Below, piece by piece: positions 15,846 to 28,122 of a stretch of 64,000 bases of DNA. The DNA is taken from NCBI GenBank assembly GCA_951406725.2, contig OX597830.1:24676001-24740000 (forward strand), read 5' to 3'. Position 1 is the first letter of the stretch. The number at the start of each line of letters is the position of its first letter. Below the pieces are notes generated by a model. It was not told the DNA's origin and made no database searches. It was given only the letters and a program-made list of their open reading frames with translations. The translations under genes and the position numbers were made by a program. This stretch comes from Octopus vulgaris (lineage: Eukaryota).

Positions 15846-17069
15846 AAATATTTCACAAATTTCTTACACATTGTATAACTAAAATTAAATATTATTAGGA
15901 ACTAAGGTCTTCATAAAATATCAAATGGCTGTGAGGATCCACCCAAGTAAAACGGGGTCAAAGGGTTTCAATGGTTGAGAATTACTATTCTGACATATCT
16001 TTGACTAGGCTGGAGACAAAAAAGGGACTTGGGACCGAGTGATGAAAAATAACCTTGAGATTTTTACATTTGATGAAAGGGATGGCAAAAGACAATGTCG
16101 ACTGGCTATTGATGGTGAGGCAGAAAAACCTGACCTTCTAATACCAGTTTGGTGAAATAGTTGTCGAAGTAGCGAGATGGTGTTTACACTCCTCCCTTGC
16201 CTGTTGTTTTGTGCATCCCCCTCTATTGCCCATTGTATGCCCTTATTTTCCCCACCGCTGTTCTAAATGTCGTGCCTGTTTTGTATCTCTGCATCATCTA
16301 TTCACTGTGCCACGTTACTTATAACTGAAACAACATCTTCCTTCCTCACCACCTACCCACTCCTCCTTCTTTTTCCCCTGATTCATGATGCCTGAGTGGA
16401 GAGAAATTGCCCTCAGGCAATCTTCACATTACAATGCAATGTTAACCCTACACTTCTTCTGACGATGAAACAAGCTTTTATCTTTCTGCTTGCTTCAATT
16501 ATTGGTCTCTGACCATGCTGGAGCATTTCTTTGAAGACATAAGTGAACAAATCAACTCCAGTACTTCATTTTTAAGCCAGAAACTTATTCTTTTGATCGC
16601 TTTTGTCAAACTACGAAGTTACAGGGACATAAACAAACCAACACCATTTGTCAAGCTGTGATGGGATACAAACACAACACAGACACATGCAGATATATTC
16701 AAATATGTGCGCGCGCACACACACGCACACACACACATACATGCATGCATGTTGGTGTAGAAAGTAAAAAAAGAGAAATAAAAAAGCTTATATATGTATA
16801 TACATATACAGCAGTTTCCATCTAACAAATTCACTCATAAGCCTTTGGTCAGCCTGAAGCCTAAGGTGCTGCTCAGTGGGACTGAATCCAAGACCACTTG
16901 GTTGGAGAGCCAACTTCTTATCCCTCCGGTGGTTGGTTCTATATTTCTCATGGTTAGTGTGGTGGGGTACAAGATCCCTATTCATAGTTTTAGCTATTTT
17001 TAGTACTTTTTATTACTTTATATGTGTTCTTTAGCAATAATATTACCAAAAGACATATTCTGATATGTT

Positions 17070-17369
17070 TGTTCCTTCTTGAGCCATGCCTGGCTCATAA
17101 GGGCCAGTTTCCCAGTTTCCTTGGCGTATAGGTTCCCCACCTGGATGGGACGCCGGTCCATCGTAGGTGAGCTGCAAGATGTAGGAGGAAAGAGTGAAAG
17201 AAAGTTGTGGCGAAAGAGTCAGCAGAAGTTCACCATTACCTTCTGCCAGAGCTGCGTGGAGCTTAGGTGTTACGCTCATAAACACACACATCACCCAGTC
17301 TGAAATTTGAACCCACAGTCCCTCGACTGCGAGTTGGCTGCTCTAACCACTAGGCCATATGCCTCCACC
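17070..17369 (-). mobile_element. tRNA-derived SINE, family E head/body with a different tail
   Basis: Head gtggaggcatatggcctagtggttagagcagcc; body as in 1760-1931; tail cctacgatggaccggcgtcccatccagg...gaaactgggaaactgg. Confidence 0.78.
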
Positions 17370-18463
17370 AAATTTGAACTCAGAACAGCAGACAAAATAC
17401 CGCTAAGCATTTCGCCCGGCATGCTAATGATTCTGCTAGCTCACCACCTTATATTCTGATATAATGTATTTATTTAAAATGTAAGCAAAAACAGACAAGT
17501 ACTCTTTGAAAATAAAACTATTTTTTGGTAGGGCGAGTGCTCCTTTCATATTTGCTATTTACTCATTGTTTGCATTATCATCCTCATCACTCCGAGCAAA
17601 GCAGTCAATGAAAATGTCCATAGCAGGTTACAAGCAGATGAACTTATAGCACTTCTGGCAGCAATTTCTTATGATCTTTTGGCCAGGGGCACAATGAGCA
17701 TCTTTGGATGGAATCTTCACAATGACTTCTTGGAGGTAATTCCTTAGATGCTGAGAAATGTTGAATCTTCCTTTTCAAATCTTTCCTCAAAAAATATGGG
17801 TTTGTTTTGCAATGATAGATATGGTCTTCCACTAACTTGAGTCTCAAATTCCTCAGAAACTTTCAATGCCTGATAGGTGTTTGAGAGTTTGCCATGAATA
17901 TATGAATGTATGCATTTATTCCTGCAACATTTAGTATGATATAGAAAACTTTAACCAGCCAACGTTAAATATTTCTGGAAAGATTATAGATGGAGCACAA
18001 CAGATCCACAGTGTCTACTCCTTTAGTACTGTTGTAAAGGGTAATAATCTCTGGTTTTCTTTTTTTCTTTTGTACTTTCATCAATTCCAGCATCATGATG
18101 CAATGTTCTCAGTGAGAAAACATTTTTACCTTTCTTGGGAACATAGGAGGTCAGTGAAACATCCTTCTGAAAACCAAACGAGCTTGTGTATTCAGTTCTG
18201 CTTCTTGTGGCAACAAATTGAGGGTGAAGTTCTATCTTGTTCTTTCCCAGAGTGCCAACTAACGTTAATCTATTATTCTTCAAGAGATCAACTGCAACTT
18301 GTAAACCAATTATCCATTGTAATATTTCTTCCAGACCCATTTATATGAGACCCCGACCATTTTACCACTGCTGCTCCTGAATTATCCTGGTGGGGTATGC
18401 ACAACCCCAGGCACAAATAACGTGTGCATACATTTCTCATCACTCAGCAAATAACTGAGTGGA

Positions 18464-18633
18464 TACAGTTCTATTTAAGAGATGAGGAATTATGTACATT
18501 ATTTACATTTGACAGATATTTGTCCTCATCTTGCTTGTTGTTAACATGTTTCAGCTGTTATACCCTCCAGGCTTCTTCAGGTGTCTTGGGGGAAATTTCG
18601 AACCTGGGTTCTCATTCCTAAGTTATTTTTCAA

Positions 18634-18686
<53 letters not shown>

Positions 18687-18957
18687 TCACTGCCTGAAAT
18701 CGAACTCTGAATCTTGGTGTTAGTAGTCCGCACTCTTAACCACTATATAATAATAATAATAATAATAATAACAAAAATAATAATACTAACAAAAATAATA
18801 ATAATAATGATAATAATAATAACATTGGAAAATACCTTAGGAATGAGAAATCAGATTCAAAATTTCCCCAAAACACCTGATGAAGGGCATATCGGCCGAA
18901 ACGTTGTGTTAACAACAAAGAGGAGGAGGACAAAGATCCATCAAATGTAAATAATGT
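18464..18957. mobile_element. tRNA-headed, hammerhead-bearing retroelement as an inverted pair (Penelope-type architecture)
   Basis: TSD aaataactgagtgga (18449-63) / aaataactgaatgga (18958-72). Minus copy: tRNA-like head 18745-18683, then (AAT)n, body and HHR motif. Plus copy 18746-18957 lacks the head. Confidence 0.8.
18872..18910 (+). ncRNA. Minimal type-I hammerhead ribozyme motif
   Basis: aacac-CTGATGA-ag-ggc(atatcg)gcc-GAAAC-GTT-gtgtt. Stem I aacac/gtgtt, palindromic stem III AACGTT, canonical core. Confidence 0.8.
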
Positions 18958-19967
18958 AAATAACTGAATGGAGTTGTGCATTAACTCAGTGGAGTATGCT
19001 GAGAAATTACATGGATGGATAACACTATCACTGATGCAAGATGCACATCTAAAGTATGAGATACCCCACTGCACAACCTGAGGGTTAACCACACAGCCAC
19101 ATCTAATACTGTTTATATTTTCAGTTCAATTTATGCTGACTCACACAAGATCTCATTTTATTGGATAAAAATCTTGACTGAAGAAAATTGGTGACGATTT
19201 GTGATCAATGGGAAAATACATAAAAGAATTGAATCAGTTCAGTTGGTGCAATAAATGAAAGAAGCAAGGCACAAACTATTAGATTTTTCCCTTCTCATGA
19301 CAACTGAACTTGTTCAATTCCCTCCTACTGATTATTAGTAGCCTACCAATTGCAGTGATTTACTATCCTCAGTTCACAGTCATTGTGAAGACCTTATTTC
19401 TTCCTTATTGTTCTTCCTTTTTTTATTATTTCGCCCAATGTTGATTTCACATAACCTTGATCTTTGTTTAACTGTAAGAATTGAATTAGGTGTAGTCTTC
19501 CTCTTCATATAAGTCGCATTAATACAAGTTTGTATAGAAAGTTTCGCAATAATTTTCAAGGTCTCCTTTGGAGCTTTTATGTCAGCCAAGTGAAAAGGTT
19601 TGAACACTTTTATTACTATATTTCTGTTGAAATGTTCTTTTATTTCAAGCCAGCTTAAAAGCTGCACTCCATACAAACTTTTAAGCTAGTTTCTATAGAG
19701 TTCTAATTGGACCTGTGGCTTAAAACTAAAGTGAGCACTAATAATAAAGCATTTATTGTTACCCTACCAACATGATATTATTTTAAATTAAGTTTAAATG
19801 AAAAACTTCTAAGTTCACAAATCCTCATCCAGACCTGATCCCAAAGCTGGATGTTCAAGAACCAAACGAAGGGCAGATTTTCAATCCTGGTATCATCTCA
19901 ATTCCAAAAAGGTATTTTATGTCTATGTAGAGTAAACATAAGCTAAGATACAAGAATCCCATCAACA

Positions 19968-20179
19968 AGCTGGCAGAATCGTTAGAATGTAGCAGCAGAC
20001 AAAAAAATACCACTAAACATTTAGCCTGGCAAGCTGAGTTCAAATTCCGCTGAGGTTGACTTTACCTTTCATCCTTTCAGGGTTGATAAATTAAGTACCA
20101 GTGAAATACTGGGGTCAATGTAATCAGCTAGTCCCCTCCCACAAAATTTCCAGTCTTGTGCCTGTTGTAGAAAGGATTA
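19968..20179 (+). mobile_element. SINE family B (variant tail)
   Basis: agctggcagaatcgttag...gagttcaaattccgctgaggttgactttacctttcatcctttc. Confidence 0.75.
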
Positions 20180-20531
20180 TCTCTATATATATAAACGGCA
20201 AAATGTCTGCATGCGTGTCCTTTATACAAATCCACAATTTTTCAGTTAGAGGGCTCGCACTTCCTATGGTCAAAACCGTCCAAGGGTGGTCGTGCACATC
20301 TTTACATTTCCCCAGTCACCCCGTAAAGCCATTAAAAATTCAATAAAAGTTACCTTTTTGTGAATTTTCTATCCAAAACCCAATCAAAATGCCCGAAACT
20401 TGATACGCCAATTGAATGCCAGCTAGCTGTATGTGATTGGTCGAACAGTACTCGCTTGTATGTGTGCACGCACGCAGCTGTATATGCATGCACTAGCACT
20501 ATGACCCGGCAACGCCGGGTCATAGTGCTAG
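20180..20531 (+). mobile_element. Non-autonomous Helitron
   Basis: Sits between A and T; 5' TC(tctatatatataaa); 3' GC-rich hairpin gacccggcaacgccgggtc and terminal CTAG. Confidence 0.85.
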
Positions 20532-21189
20532 TTATAAATAATTTTGAAAATATTGAATTCAGTAAAATAACTTCTTTGTTATTAAACTGGTTTATTGAGG
20601 TCATAAATTTATTTTAAAAATCTTTCACTTTAGAAAAACATGTGAAATCAGAAATCAATCACTAAAACTGCAACCCCTGAATTACTTCCACAAGGAAACA
20701 GAAAAAGAGGGAGTTAAGCAATGAAAGATAAGGGATGGGGTGAAAAGTAAGTAAATTAACATGAAATTTTAATGGAAGGCTTAAATTTAGATTGCTTTCA
20801 AGCAGGAAGTTTGTGTCCTTGAACCAGTGGTAGTCTCAGGTAAGCTAATATCAAAAGAATTTAGTCAAAAAATTAAGACGTAATTTTTTTTCCAATCTTT
20901 CCATTAAAATAGATCATTTATCCTGCAGATCTTATCTGGGGGTTTACCCAGAGTGTGCGAGGGCTGGGTTTCTGTTTTTTAAAAATACAGATTTTGATTA
21001 ACCTACATTGCCTTTCACTTTGAAATTGTTTTGTTTATTTTTCATGTCTCTTATCCTTAAACTGTTTGTTTTTATGTATTTAAATTTTTTTCCTTTTAAG
21101 CCTACATTTAGTGATTTATTTAACCACTCTGCTCTGAGCAACTAGACACTATTGTTGTTACTGATCTCTTCTTGCCTTTATACAAGTTT

Positions 21190-21452
21190 GATTTGCAGAC
21201 TGGGCTGTGTGTTGTGTTCTTGAGCAAGACACTTTATTTCACTTTCCTCCAGTTCTCTCAGCTGTAGAAATGATTTGCGTCGTTACTGGTGCCAAGCTGT
21301 ATCGGCCCTTGCCTTTCCCTTGGATAACACTGGTGACGTGGAGAGGGGAGGCCAGTATGCTGGTCTTCTATAAACAACTTTGCCTGGATTTGTGCCTTGG
21401 AAGAGAACTTTCTCGGTGCAATCTCATGGTCATTCATGACTGAAGGAGGTCC
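21190..21452 (+). mobile_element. SINE family D, 5'-truncated
   Basis: Matches the reverse complement of 42182-42516 (gttgtgttcttgagcaagacactttatttcac...ctcagctgtagaaatg). Confidence 0.8.
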
Positions 21453-21842
21453 TTCCTTCCAGTACCATCTGATCCTAAGAGACATCATTACATCTATCAT
21501 ACCATGTGCCTATACACCATTATATATATATATCATACCATATGTCCATACAATAACATCTGGTCCCACAACATTATACAGCTGTCATGCCATGTATCCA
21601 TGTGGTATTATCATCAGATCTTACAATGTTCTAAAAGTATGAAGCCATACACTCACATGTAGTAATTCTACCACTACATCTATTAAACAAAACCATCACA
21701 CATATCCCTTAACACTGCATCTGTTGGACCTTGTATCTGTACACTTACAACTGTGCATCTATATAATCTGTGTCACCATATCACCACACCAGGGACACCT
21801 TGACCTTGTCTACAAAAGGCTTCTTTTTTTTTTTTTACTTAG

Positions 21843-21966
21843 ATACAAGTGTTTGATCAGAAGACAGAAAATCAGAAAGTCAGACCTTCCCTCAGATATT
21901 TGCCGTAAAATCTTGCTGACCCAACACCCAGACAATGAATCTAAATACCAAGTTGGAGCCACAAAG
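21843..21966 (+). CDS. Internal coding exon of an unconventional myosin (myosin XV-like), end of motor/converter domain
   Basis: Poly-T tract plus AG acceptor (21841-42) and GTAATT donor. Translates (R)YKCLIRRQKIRKSDLPSDICRKILLTQHPDNESKYQVGATK, matching the myosin 'RY..L ... Y++G.TK' converter motif. Joins in frame to the exon at 32440. Confidence 0.9.
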
Positions 21967-22699
21967 GTAATTATAATTCACTGATCATCTTTTGGTTTTA
22001 TGGTAGAGGGAAGAGATGATGCTAACATTGAAGAAACCTTTATTATTTTTGTTTGTTTATTTTTATGGTTTATTTCTTAGATTAAACAACAAGTGCAAGG
22101 TGTTCAAGATAAAGTTGAGGACTTATGTTGCCTTTTTTTTCAATAATAGCTTGATGTATTTGGTGGACTGTCAGTGGCACTGGAGAGCATTAAATGATGA
22201 TGACATGCATAAGACTAATGTTGTAGTTGAGAAAAAGTTTGCTGACATTGAGGATTAGCAGCAATCTGAATATCGACTTCAAATTTTGGCACAAGGTTAG
22301 CAGTTATGAGGGAGGGGTTAAGTTTTTTACACAGACTCCAGTGCTCAACTGGTACTTATTTTATTGACCCCCAAAAGAATGAAAGGCAAAGTGGACCTCA
22401 GTGGAGTTTGAACTCAGAATGTGAAGACAAGCATAATGCCACTAAGCATTCCACCCAGCTTGCTAACAATTCTGCCAGTTTGCTGCTTTTGATAAAGTTG
22501 TCAGAAGGTGGCTACAAAACTCAAACCTATACCCCTCTGATACTGGCTGGGTGTTCTAACCAGTAAGCTAAATGGTTCCCTGACAAGCCATCTGAATATT
22601 GGAAAAGAATTACCTGACTATAATGGTTTATGTCAGATATCAAAATTCCAATATCATGACTGCTGCTCAATGCTTTGTGAATACGGCAATGGCAGTAAG

Positions 22700-23220
22700 A
22701 CATGACATTGGACAGCTGTAACGGAGACTACAAAGCTAGGCCATCCGGAAAGTGGTGGTCTTTAGGTGTGTCTCTAGTAGGGGTGACATCATGTCTCACC
22801 ACATCTCTGAACAGGGCTTTAGGCTCAATTCAGATAACTATGCGAAGCTGCTAGAGATTGTCATCAAACCTTGACATGAAAGGATTGCTGTTAGAAGGCA
22901 ATATGCATAGCAGCAGGATTCAGCTCCGAGCCATACTTCCAGAGAAAGTCAGAAATGGTTGTTGGAGAATTTCCACAAACTTCACTGGCCCCAATTCCTT
23001 GCCTCTTAATTCCCTTGATTGTAATCCCATGGATTATTATGTGTAGAGCATAGTTCAGGAAGACACCTACCATTCTGCCTGCAACACCAGGACCAAGCTG
23101 GTAGCCAAGATCAAGGAAGTGTTTGCAGATCTTTCTAGGGATACAGTGAGAAATGCATGCACAGGCACCAGAGCCATCTTCAGGCTATGGCAGAAGCTGG
23201 AGACAGCTACTTAGAATAAA
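22700..23220 (+). pseudogene. Decayed Tc1/mariner-superfamily transposase (maT/DD37D-like)
   Basis: Fragmented motifs GLRLNSDNY, QQDSAPSHTS, (W)PLNSLDCNPMDYYV. Confidence 0.7.
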
Positions 23221-23475
23221 CTGTTACCTCCCAACCATGATCCAATTGATATTTTGTTTTTAAATACTTTTTGTTTTGAATGGGATATTATATTTTCTTT
23301 TCCTTTTATGCAAACTGTAAAATTTAGTCCAAACACTCAGTGAGTCAAGGACATTTACTTCCCATGGACAATAAACCCCACCAAAGACAATTACCCCTGA
23401 GGACAACAGATGATGATTTAAAACTTCTTGATATATTGGAGAGGGGGTAATTAACCAAGTGAAGTAATTGAAGTA

Positions 23476-23707
23476 AGGCGGCGAACTGGCAGAAAAGTTA
23501 GCACGCTGGGCAAAATGCTTAGCAATATTTCGTCTGTCGTTACGTTCTGAGTTCAAATTCCGCCAAGGTCGACTTTGTCTTTCATCCTTTCAGGGTCGAT
23601 AAATTAAGTACCAGTTATGCACTGGGGTCGATGTAATCGACTTACTCCCTTTGTCTATCCTTGTTTGTCCCCTCTATGTTTAGCCCCTTGTGGGCAATAA
23701 AGAAATA
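23476..23707 (+). mobile_element. SINE family B, full length with TSD
   Basis: Head ggcggcgaactggcagaaaagttagcacg, B box gagttcaaattcc. 14-bp TSD aagtgaagtaattg at 23457-70 and 23707-20. Sits in a ggacaattaccc-repeat MITE-like element (about 23345-23750). Confidence 0.9.
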
Positions 23708-24209
23708 AGTGAAGTAATTGTCCTAGGGAGTGGTAATTGTCCTTATACGCACTCTGTAATTCCTGTGGCTGTCGTTGTTTAAATCCAGGTGAACTTCCTT
23801 TGTGAGATCTTTTCTGTTTTGTTTCTGGTTTTATAGTTCAACATTTTCCTGTATAATGGACTGACATTTCTTGACTATTTACTTATGATGATGAAGGGCT
23901 TTTCTGCCTAAACTATATAAAGGTTAAATTTATTCCTATTCTGCTTTGTGAGAAGCTCTCTATCTTTACTATTCTTACTATTTTACTTATTTATCACAAT
24001 GCTTCAAGCGACCTACACTGCTTTTCCCATATGAAATATATTCATCAAGTGCCAAAAAGCAGACAGGGTACAACTTAATCTTTCTATGAAGGTCTTATTC
24101 CTAGTCTGTACCTAGTGAAAGACTTGACGTTTGATATATTCATATATGTGTGTATGTTTGTATTTGTGTGTATGTGCATATGTATTTGTATACCAGGGAG
24201 TCAACAGGG

Positions 24210-24715
24210 AATACTCATACAATACACAGTAACAAACACACACACACACGCACACACACACATGGTGAGTACCTTAGTGACCGACCACCTGCAGCTAATC
24301 TCTGCCCAACACGTGTACACACAAATACGCAAATACAAACACATGCACAGATAGCACCTCAGTGACCCACCTGTTGCTGATCTCTGCCCTACAAACACAC
24401 ACACCCACACACACACACATAGATATACATACACAGACATTCACACATATACCTTTGTGATCCACTAAGGTGTGAATGTCTGTGATCTACTAAGGTATAT
24501 GTGAGTGTATATCTGTATTTGTAGGGCAAGAATCAACAATGGATATTAGTAGAGCTGGGATCAGCTATAGGCGGGTCACTGAGGTGCTATCTGTACATGT
24601 ATCTGTATTTGCGTATTTGTGTGTATACATGTGCTGGGAAGAGATCAGCTGAGGTGGTCAGTCACTAAGGTGTTCACCATGTGTGTGTTTGTGACTGTAT
24701 GTTGTATGAGTATCT
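24210..24715. repeat. Long imperfect inverted repeat (foldback-like element)
   Basis: For example ccttagtgaccgaccacctgcagctaatctc vs gagatcagctgaggtggtcagtcactaagg, and acaaatacgcaaatacaaacacatgcacagatagcacctcagtgaccc vs its reverse complement at about 24573-24620. Confidence 0.85.
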
Positions 24716-25378
24716 GTGTGTGTGTAACTTTATATGTGTATATCTGTTGGGCAAAGATCAGCCATAGGTTGGTTCTCTGAGGACCTCAAACCTTCCTGAA
24801 GATTTTTCAAATGTTCTGGCTTTTAAATAGACTTCTGTGTTATGATTTGGTTTGGCTTATATAAACATTGCCCAGTAATGAAAATGTGGGAATAATGAGG
24901 GGGAAATTTTTGTATGTAAGATATAATATGATATGCATATGGCACATGGGCTATTACAATATGTTGTAATATGAATCCCTCCTGCAGGGGGATTGAAGGT
25001 GGAAGATAAAGAGGAGAAACACGTTCAGTACTTGTAGAAAAAGCAAGAAAATTAGGGCAAAGGGGCATATACATATTCAGTTGTATGGGGACCGGGGCAA
25101 CCCAATCAAACATTTACATGTCATGTCTGTCACTGAAGGTGGTGGTAGTTACAATGGAAATGGCTGTTGTGTTGGAGACAGCAGTTGTGGTCGTTGTGCT
25201 AATGGTTGTGGATAGTGGTAGTGGTGGTGGTGATTGTGTTGATGATGGAAATTATAGAGGCAGTGTTAACATCGAGGGTTTAGATTTACAAAGAGGCAAA
25301 GGAACAACTGATGAAGAACATTGTGTTTGTTTCAGAGGATAATGGACAACCATTTGCAAAGAACATCTTAGTCTGTGC

Positions 25379-25419
<41 letters not shown>

Positions 25420-25899
25420 TTTGTTTGATGTTTTTCTCTGTATAAGAGTGCTGTGGTTGTTAATGTTGTTATTGAAAAGTTTGGGTGTATTGTTATGAAA
25501 ATTTGGTTTGTCAGATGGTTGCACATGAAGTGGCAGGGCCTATGTAGCGTTGCCAAAGACTGTACTGTCATCATCATTTCTGTTACACTAATGGCAGTGG
25601 CAGTAATGGTGGTGGTGGTGGTGGAAATTACAATGGAAGTTGGCTGTTGTGTTGGATGTAGTTTGTTGTGTTAAAAGTTGTGGGTGGTGGCAGTTGTGTT
25701 GGTGTTCAAGCAGTTTTGTTGTTTTGGTGGTGTGGTGGTTGTGTTGTTATGGTTGGTGGTGTGGTAGTTGTGGTGGTGATGTGGTGGTTGTGTTGATTAT
25801 GACAATTATAGATGTGGAGAGATACTGGTAGTGGCATTTATAGTAGCGGCGGCACTGGCGACGATGGTGACTATAGCAGCAGCAACAATTTTTATACTC

Positions 25900-26290
25900 T
25901 TTACTCTTTTACTTGTTTCAATCATTTGACTGTGGCCATACTGGAGTACCGGCTTTAGTCAAGCAAATCAACCCCAGGACTTATTCTTTGGAAGCCTAGT
26001 ACTTATTCTATCAGTCTCTTTTGCCGAACTGCTAAGTTACGGGGACGTAAACACGCCACCATCAGTTGTCAAGTGATGTTGGTGGGGGGACAAACACAGA
26101 CACACAAACATATACATACATATACATATATATATATGTATGTATATACGACGGGCTTTTTCCAGTTTCCATCTACCAAATCCACTCACATGGCTTTGGT
26201 CAGCCCGAGGCTATAGTGGAAGACACTTGCCCAAAGTGCCACACAGTGGGAATGAACCCAGAACCATGTTGTTGGGAGCAGACTTCTTAC
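25900..26290 (-). mobile_element. SINE family A, near full length
   Basis: Reverse complement of the family A consensus. Confidence 0.88.
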
Positions 26291-26489
26291 CACACAGCCA
26301 CTCCTGCGCCTATATTTATTATATTTATATTTATTCCATATGAAAAAGAAAAGTCTCCCTCACAAAATGTTGGACTGTCTCTGGAATATGGCTGGAACTT
26401 CCAAGTAGGAATCCAACATGTTAATCACCAATTAATTATGATGCTCTTACTGTAATCATGTCATGCCTCTTTCATCACAACGAACCTTT

Positions 26490-27070
26490 CTACTAACATA
26501 CTTCCGCCACTACCACTACAATCAACACCACCACCACCACTTCCTGGCACCATAACTTTTACTACCAACACTTCTCCACCATTACCATCAACAACACAAC
26601 TACCACAGCCACCACCACTACAACAATCACCATCAATAACACTGCTGTCAGTACTACTGCAGCCACCACCACCAAAATTGTCAACAACATTGCTGTCAGC
26701 ACCATCACTGCCACCGCCACCACCATCATCACCATCACTATGCTCACAACCACCACCATCATCATCATCACTACCATCACCACCACTGCCACCATAACCA
26801 GCACCATCAACAACACTGTCATCACCACCACCAGCCACTGCCACCACCATCACTGCCACTACTGCCATCACCATCATCACCACTACTATCACCACCACCA
26901 TCATCATCACCACTACTGTCACCACCACCATCACAACTATCACAACTGCCGCCACCACCATCATCATCACCACTACCATTACCACCACTGCCACCACCAC
27001 TATCATCATCCCTACCACCACCACACCACCAACTCCCATTTCCATCACCACCATCATTATTGCCACTACC
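26490..27070. repeat. Degenerate (CAC/CAT) trinucleotide low-complexity tract
   Basis: Directly visible. Confidence 0.9.
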
Positions 27071-27381
27071 GTTGCCAAATGGTGTTAGTCCAGCAAAGAG
27101 AGAACAACACTTTACAGATGTAATCTGTTGTTTCTGTAAACACAATTTGGTTACTTCTGTGTTTATATTAAAGAACTTAAGTGACCAACGCAAACTTGGA
27201 GGGGAAGACTGAACATGGCCAGTTATTGGGTGACATCTGTAGGAATATTTAGTATAGGCATAGGAGTGGCTGTGTGGTAAGTAGCTTTGATAATGAACCA
27301 CATGGATCCAGGTTCAGTCCCACTGGCCGACCAAAGCCTTGTGAGTGGATTTGGTAGACGGAAACTGAAAGAAGCCCATCG

Positions 27382-27414
<33 letters not shown>

Positions 27415-28122
27415 GTCCTGAGAAGACCCGGCAAGACTAGTGAAGCCATAACCCGTGGCCCCTACCTGGGACGTTGTCAGTCCACCTGTGCATACCTTCC
27501 TTCTTGTGACACTTGTGAAGACCTGTTGAGGCAAGTGAAAATCAAAATCAAATCAAATCAAACCAAATCAAAATAGATGAACATCAATGGAATTTGTATC
27601 CTTGTGGTACCAGTGCCGGTGGCACATAAGAAAACCATCCAAACGTGACCGTAGCCAGTACCGCATTGACTGGCCTCCGTGCTGTGGGCATGTAACAAAC
27701 ACCATCCGAGCGTGGCCGTTCGCCAGCCTCGTCTGGCACCTGTGTCGGTGGCACATAAGAAAACACCATCCGAGCGTGGCCGTCTGCCAGCCTCGTCTGG
27801 CACCTGTGTCGGTGGCACATAAAAAAACACCATCCGAGCGTGGCCGTCTGCCAGCCTTGTCTGGCACCTGTGTCGGTCGCACATAAAAAACACCATCCAA
27901 GCGTGGCCGTCTGCCAGCCTCGTCTGACACCTGTGTCGGTGGCACATAAAATCACCCACTACACTCTCGGAGTGGTTGGCATTAGGAAGGGCATCCAGCT
28001 GTAGAAACACTGCCAGATCTGACTGGCCTGGTGCAGCCTTCGGGCTTGCCAGACCCCAGTTGAACCATCCAACCCATGCTAGCATGGAAAGCGGACGTTA
28101 AACGATGATGATGATGATGATG
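27415..28122 (+). mobile_element. RTE LINE 3' end with about 4 tandem 61-62-bp UTR repeats and (GAT)n tail
   Basis: Repeat unit aaacaccatccgagcgtggccgtctgccagcctcgtctggcacctgtgtcggtggcacataa; terminal sequence shared with 57750-57910. Confidence 0.85.

Larger units (their letters stand above)
17575..19084 (-). mobile_element. piggyBac transposon remnant (PGBD4-like transposase pseudogene) with one terminus
   Basis: Peptides LTLVGTLGKNKIELHPQF..SSFGFQKDVSLTSYVPKKGKNV..LHHD, YNSTKGVDTVD and the C-terminal Cys-rich RCSLCPW. Terminus aggg|TTAA at 19081-19088. Confidence 0.85.

Noticed and set aside
18683-18745. Possible tRNA gene (also heads at about 42440-42516 and 52423-52490)
   Set aside because: No complete acceptor stem or cloverleaf; continues into repeat bodies, so these are SINE heads
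19380-19676. 98-aa minus-strand ORF
   Set aside because: No recognisable motif or convincing splice sites
26461-27301. Poly-Val/His/Thr/Gly ORFs
   Set aside because: Trinucleotide low-complexity DNA; no splice signals or domain content
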